A stretch of 41,920 bases of DNA from Octopus bimaculoides (Eukaryota). Location of the stretch: positions 109,948,262 to 109,990,181 of the forward strand of contig NC_068982.1 in NCBI RefSeq assembly GCF_001194135.2, read 5' to 3'. The position numbers were made by a program, and so were the translations under genes. Shown in pieces: positions 35,739-41,920 of the stretch (within the stretch, counting starts at the first letter, position 1; each line of letters opens with the position of its first letter). The notes under the pieces were generated by a model, which saw only the letters and a program-made list of their open reading frames with translations, ran no database searches and was not told the origin of the DNA.

Positions 35739-35741
<3 letters not shown>

Positions 35742-36328
35742 CCATCTATCATTCCTGTCCACTTTGTATTTCATTCAATCTTTTATCCCACTCTCTCTGT
35801 ATTAATACTCTCCTTTCTTCCCTCTATATAATTCCTATTATGCTTTTTTTTTTGCATCTTTATTGCAAAATATCGAAGTTATTGAAAGGATTTCAGTAAT
35901 AACAAAGTGGTATGAAGCTAAATTACTCGAATCACGGATATTTCAGGATCGTATCCCGCGAATGAGATATTTTGTAGCCTGCTTACGGTGACAGTAATTA
36001 ATGCTATCAACATCTGTGATTGGATAATTTATAACGTGAATCTGTACAAATCTACACATCTGTTCCAAAAGTTTCCTCGATTAGTTGTTATTTAGTGAAT
36101 CTACCGATGATAAAGTATCTATAAAACTATTAAATACGCCAGAAATATAGAAATGATCTATCAGGTGAGTAAAAATGTGTAAATGCCGAAATTAGACATG
36201 CTTAAATGCTGAACTAGCTTGCATAGCATTAATCAAATCATTCTGGAGAGATAAGGTGTGTGCATGTATCCAACAATAGGATAATACGACTTATCTGGAT
36301 CGACTTACTCTGGAGAGTCAGAAAAAAC

Positions 36329-36786
36329 TCGTACAGTGAGTCGGTTGGACACCGTGAAAACAATGGGTGGGAGACAATATGCCTTTCTGTGGAGATAAGT
36401 GACAGAGGATTTTTTTGAAACAGGAGTCACTCAATACTCAGATGTTTTGGACAAGCAGCAAAAGAGAGAAATGATCTTGCCAGAAAAATCTCAGAACCCA
36501 CTAACAAAGCAAGCCATTACATCTGGCTTAAGAGAGTGGACGAGTTATGCAGCAAGAATGAACATTGAGGATGATAGAAACAAGTAGTCAAGAGTCACAA
36601 CACCTGATTTGATAAAACTCACATTGTTGTAGGGAGTTTTGTCGCCTACATCGGTGAGTAGTTACGGGTTGCTCTGCTGTTGCCTTGGAAGGAAGCACCT
36701 GCAGTACTGCTTCACCGCCTGATGAAACATTAACTCCTGAATTCGAAATTCGAAGACAGAATACCCTCAGTACACAAGTGTTTGCC
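36329..36786 (+). mobile_element. HERO-like RLE non-LTR retrotransposon 3' end
   Basis: Frame 36329-36568 (one internal TGA): SYSESVGHRENNGWETICLSVEISDRGFF*NRSHSILRCFGQAAKERNDLARKISEPTNKASHYIWLKRVDE, matching the recalled HERO C-terminus KY.ELV..C...GW...C.PVEVGCRGF...A..AS.W.W.KR; ~220-nt 3' UTR. Confidence 0.7.
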
Positions 36787-37694
36787 ATGTGTGTGTGTAG
36801 AGGGGTATCTGTGTGTCTCTGTGTGTTGTGAGTTTGTGCGTGCGTGTGGGGTGGGGGTGTCTAAGTGTGTCTCTGTGTATGTACGTGCGTGTGGGTGTGT
36901 TCCGTCTGTGTGCATCAGTATTATTTTGACATAAACACAACCACCACGAAGTAAGACGCCATATCATAGCGATTTTCTTGCATTAATTACATGCAATTTA
37001 AGAGGCGGAATGGTTTTAAACACTAACAGTAATAAAGGTGTTGTTCCTAATCAAAAGAAACCAATATTGTAATTAACTATACGAGCTGATATTTCCTTAG
37101 CTATAAATGTCCTCAGAAAAATCCTCGATTCGATATCGATTTTCAGTCGTCAATTTCTCTTCATTCACTTAGCCCGATGATGCCCTTAATAGCGGTCTGA
37201 ACATTTCAATCCCACGTGACTCATTGACCCAATCCTTTCTTGTCAGTATAAGTCATACGGGATCTCCCTACACGCTCAAGTTTTCTTGCATATATCGATC
37301 CACAGATGTTCTAACTGATCATATACCGCATGATCTCACCCGTCTGGACGTTAGAATACAGCCACTCCTTGTCTGAGTAATATATTTTATTTTGTTTTAA
37401 TCCCATTCCCTATGAATACGTGTATTCCATAAAATCAATATTTTAAATGTTGCCACAATATTCAAATGTAAATATCATTATTAAATAGGCTGCGGTCTAC
37501 TGGAATAAGATGCGAAAGAAAAACATTCCATTCGAATAGCTCCCTCAAAAACTCATTTACAATCTGTCTGCCAGCCAAATTGTCTCTACTCCACACCTTC
37601 TCATTCCTTTCACTCTGCAGTTATTTTCTGTGCACTCTTTCACTCTATCTCAAACGAGTATACAATTTGTCACCCAACATATCTCTCTCCAACT

Positions 37695-37806
<112 letters not shown>

Positions 37807-38413
37807 GCTTAACATTTAACATATTTCAACACACATAAACTCTCTCACATACATTCACACACACATGCATATAGGCTTGTAAACATGTATGTGCATGTGA
37901 GTGTGTGTGTGTATGTGTGTGTATGTGTGTGTGTGTATGTGTGTGTCTGTGTGTGTGTTTGAGTGTCTGCTTGTATATATAAATATTTGTGTAGACGTGT
38001 TCGTGCGTGTATATGTGTTGACACTTGTGAGAGAGTTCTTGTATGAAAGTATCTATACGTAAATATGCATTTATATGTTTGTTTATGTACGCGTGTGCAT
38101 ATGTACAAATATGTGCATGAGCGTGCATGTGCTCACATATTTACTTGTACCTGTATAAGTATGTATGCATATGTGTGTGTGTGTTTGTCTGATTACGTCT
38201 ATGTGTTTGCATTTGTATGTATGTGGCAATATGCTACAAGACTTACACAATATGTACCAATAAATAATTTATGCCCGGCCTGATTTGAGAACATTAGCAT
38301 AAAAATAAGAACAATAACTTATATACATTTATAACTTTCAAACTTCCCTACAAGACACTATATTCCAAAAATTCCACCTTCAACACACTAACAAATAATA
38401 ATCGTTTTATTTA

Positions 38414-38416
<3 letters not shown>

Positions 38417-38472
<56 letters not shown>
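38417..38472. repeat. (AC)n
   Basis: Direct reading. Confidence 0.95.
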
Positions 38473-38475
<3 letters not shown>

Positions 38476-38476
38476 A

Positions 38477-39755
38477 TGGATTATCCCATAAATAATGCGG
38501 TTTTTTCAATTGCATGAGCTAAAAGTCAGAGGGGGACAAGATAAACTACCTGCATCAACTTGCTATAAAAGCAGGTAGTAATTTTACCAGATACTTATTC
38601 TTGGTGCAACTCTTGAAGAGTGCAGTTCGATTTTAACAGTTTTTGATTCAACGCTGTAATGGAAGTGGCAAAGGAGCATAACCGGTATATTTTGCTTTAT
38701 AAGTTCAATAAGTGCAACAACACGACGGAAAGGGCGATGAATATAATGCAGTATATGGGGATCGGACAATAGGCATAAGCCAGAGTTAACAGTGGCTCTA
38801 GAAATTCCGAGCCGAAACCACAACCTAGAAGACGAGCCTCGTCCTGGAAGATCTGTAGAGCACGACGAGGACGTCCTGAAAACCCTGCTGGAACAAAATC
38901 TCATCATAATTGTTGAGGAACTAGTAGAGAAGCTTCGATTTGGTCATTCAACCATTCGTCGACACCTGCCTGCCATCGGAAAAGTTAGCAAATTGAATCA
39001 ATGGGTTCCTCACAAATTTTCCGAGTCTAATCGCGCGCAGAGAGTGAATGTGTGCTCTTCTTTGCTGTCACGTCTCACCAATGAAACTTTGTTGGACGGA
39101 ATAGTGACTGACAACGAGAAATAGGTTTTCTATAAAAATGTCAAGCACCTAAGACAGTGGGTAGGGAAAGGAAAAACACCGGCACCCCAGGCTAAAGAAG
39201 GTTTTCACCGACGTAATGTGTTGTTATTTGTTTGGTGGGATATGAAAGGTTTAGTCCACTTTGAACTTTTAAGCCCAAACCAAACAATAACAAAGATCTA
39301 CTGCGAGCAGCTTGAGTGGCTTCAGTCAGCACTAAAAGAAAAACGACCATGTTTGGTTTCAAGACATAAGGTAGTCTTCCAACAGGATAATGCTCAGCCA
39401 TATACAGTGTGGATGACATTCCAAAGGCTGGAGCAGTTTGAGTGGGAAACGATGCCCCACCCACCATATTTGCTGGATATTACCCCATCTGATTATCATT
39501 TATTCTGCAGTCTTCAAAATCATTTGGACAGAAAAAATATGAATTCTGTAGACGAAGTCAGAACAGTACAGGAGGAGCATTTTTCGTCATGGACAAGTGA
39601 ATTTTGGAAAAAGGGATCTTGCACATCTACCGCATGGATGGAAGAGCAGTGTAGAAAATGAAGGAGAATATATTTTAGATTGAAAAGGAACTTTGTTTAT
39701 CTCAATTTTGAAAAATAAAAGTATTTTAAAAACCGCATTATTCAAGGGATGACCC
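38477..39755 (+). mobile_element. Full-length inactive mariner transposon (~1.28 kb)
   Basis: Imperfect TIRs sharing ATCCC..AATAATGCGGTTTTT; TA at 38475-38476 and 39756-39757. Confidence 0.93.
38659..39683 (+). pseudogene. Mariner DD34D transposase pseudogene
   Basis: MEVAKEHNRYILLYKFNK..EPRPGRS..WVPHKFSE..IVTDNEK* (W to TAG)..LFVWWD..FQQDNAQP..PHPPYLLDITPSDYHLF..VENEGEYILD*; frameshifted. Confidence 0.93.

Positions 39756-39820
<65 letters not shown>
39756..39820. repeat. (TA)n starting at the mariner TA target duplication
   Basis: Direct reading. Confidence 0.9.
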
Positions 39821-39825
<5 letters not shown>

Positions 39826-40304
39826 TGCAAGTTTTGCTTTCTCTGTATATTCACAGTTGGTGTCTGGTAAGGCGTGATGCATGTTGAGTTCTGCTTTTAT
39901 TACTTATTTCCCCATTCCATAACTAGAGTGCATTTGGTTCATAACGTACACTATATGTGTGGTTTGTGTGTGTTACTGAATTGTGTATCCGTTCTATTTT
40001 TGTTAGTACATTTGTTTTGCATTGTTACATAATACGTTGCAAAAACGCGTCATTGCTATAATTTCATATAGTCTTTGTTTGGAGTGATTTCGAGTAAAAA
40101 AAAGAAATAACTAAAAAGTGTAAAGATAAGGTGTGGTTTCAAACCAAAGGTAAAGGACTAATTAAATAATTTGAAAACTCTTAAATAAATAGATTTCATT
40201 TGTGCATAGTTGTGTCACCAATGTAAATGGAAGAAAAATGTATCGTATTTGTATGTGTGTGTATGTATGTGCGTACATGTGTTTGTGCGTGTGTGTGTAT
40301 GTGC

Positions 40305-40351
<47 letters not shown>

Positions 40352-41886
40352 TATAGGTGAATGTATGTATGCATATGTATGTATGGATTTATGTATTATC
40401 ACAATTCTGTTATTGCTATGCTTATTTAATTGCGATTGATATTTATATCAGAAGAATTGTCTATGATGGCCTGTAAACGATAGCATATGTTACATAAGAA
40501 TTAAATATAAATTTCATATATAGATGATATACTACAGTAAAAGAGTGAATAGGCAACTATATACGTAGATTTATGAAGTATGACAGTTTAGTTTGCATAT
40601 TAAAGTACAAAATATACGAGTACATATGACGAGAATTTCAAGGAGTGCTGTGTCTAATACACATGAAACGGTTTATTGTACAAAATACGACAGTAATTTC
40701 AGTGCTATGAAATAGAGATAATGAGACATTTATATATCCTTATATAAACTTGTTGTGGTGAGCTTAGATGTATCGTTTGGTAGGCAAATTTGCAACGGCA
40801 CCAAAATTTGATAAGACATGAAAAGAAGTTTACGTTGACTAGCCTATTTTTTTATGAATGTTAAAAACATTGATTCTGGATGAAGTTCGAGATATCTTCC
40901 ACAATAGATGTTTCACATAATGTAAATTTGAAATGAACTTCAAAGATACTGACATAAAATAACAACAATCATAACAGCATCGAAAGCAAAAGTTGTAGCA
41001 AGCAGAGCAATTAAAGCAATAAGAGCAATAATAATAATGAATAGTTGTAGGGGCAATAGTTTGTAGTACTAACCTAATTTTGCAAGACACCTCTTCACCC
41101 CTCTGCCTTGAAAATCTTTTTGTCAGATCCTACTGTATGTTTAATCTGCCAAATACACATAAGATGAATTGATTCGACGATGAAAATGTTTCAATAAAAG
41201 ATCACTGTGAAAAATCTAGTTCATACAATTACCAAAGCAAATTATTGTATGCATGGTAAAGTTGTTAAGAAAAATATAACAAAGCGAAAATCATAGCTTA
41301 TGATTCGTTCTTTTTCACCCTTATTCTATATATCCCTTTATTTTATTCAGCTGTAATTTTCATCACTAGTGTTTATTCATTCAGCCATTTTCTCGCGTAT
41401 TCATCATGTTCCATTTTTAATAACACCAGTATAATATATCCCCTACCAAACTTCCACCAATTAATAAATCGTTTAACCTCTGATTGTTAAATATTAGCCT
41501 TTGTCTTGGATAATCCAAGCTTTTTAAATCAGGTCTATTCCCATGCAAGTAAAAATGAGTGTGGGTGAAATATTTTGATACAAACACAACAAATTAGGGG
41601 TAAAGAAAAATACCTTATCCACACCAATGAATCTGGGCTTTCATTTAATTCAACTGAACTGTGACCTTTCATTTATTTGAAGTTGATTTTGCTTTGTTTT
41701 TCCTTTTGTTTCTCTATACACAAGCTTTGTTCTAACATGCTGTATGGGTTAGTAATCTAGGCTTAGGTAAGTTGCACCCCAGAACAAATTCAACATCATA
41801 CACACATGCGCACTTAATTATATTATGAAATTCACACTGTTATGCACATATGAATACATAAACATCTATCTATCTATCTATCTACT

Positions 41887-41920
<34 letters not shown>

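Noticed and set aside
36092-36170. + strand CAG|GTGAGT donor
   Set aside because: No open exon with an acceptable acceptor upstream.
37174-37202. CCGATGA-TGCCC-TTAATA-GCGGT-CTGAAC as a degraded hammerhead after TATAAAT/TTCAGT
   Set aside because: Both core segments are mutated and no PLE coding remnant lies upstream.

Overview
AT-rich, microsatellite-dense animal genomic DNA from a draft scaffold with 7 N-gaps. The repeat make-up resembles a coleoid cephalopod such as Octopus (inference, not verified). Nearly all ORFs in the supplied track are microsatellite artefacts. One host gene is supported on the minus strand: a signal-peptide exon (13420-13468) spliced in phase 1 to a 246-nt exon (5460-5705). 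Together they read MHSIRDLSVIWPLLWAGCVC-LYFPQATY...GSPLLKFYALR, matching the start of cadherin-like domain 1 of the RET receptor tyrosine kinase; later exons were not found. The rest is mostly decayed mobile DNA: three tRNA-type SINE families (my labels A, B, C), Penelope-like remnants, 3' ends of two RLE-type non-LTR retrotransposons, a full-length dead mariner, a fold-back mariner derivative and several MITE-like elements. Most worth following up: a decayed ~199-codon frame with a tyrosine-recombinase-like motif ~2 kb upstream of RET (possible endogenous viral remnant), a near-canonical hammerhead motif at 307-362, a pre-miRNA-sized hairpin at 29898-29970, and several inverted repeats that could form dsRNA. 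No CRISPR, rRNA or bona fide tRNA gene was seen.
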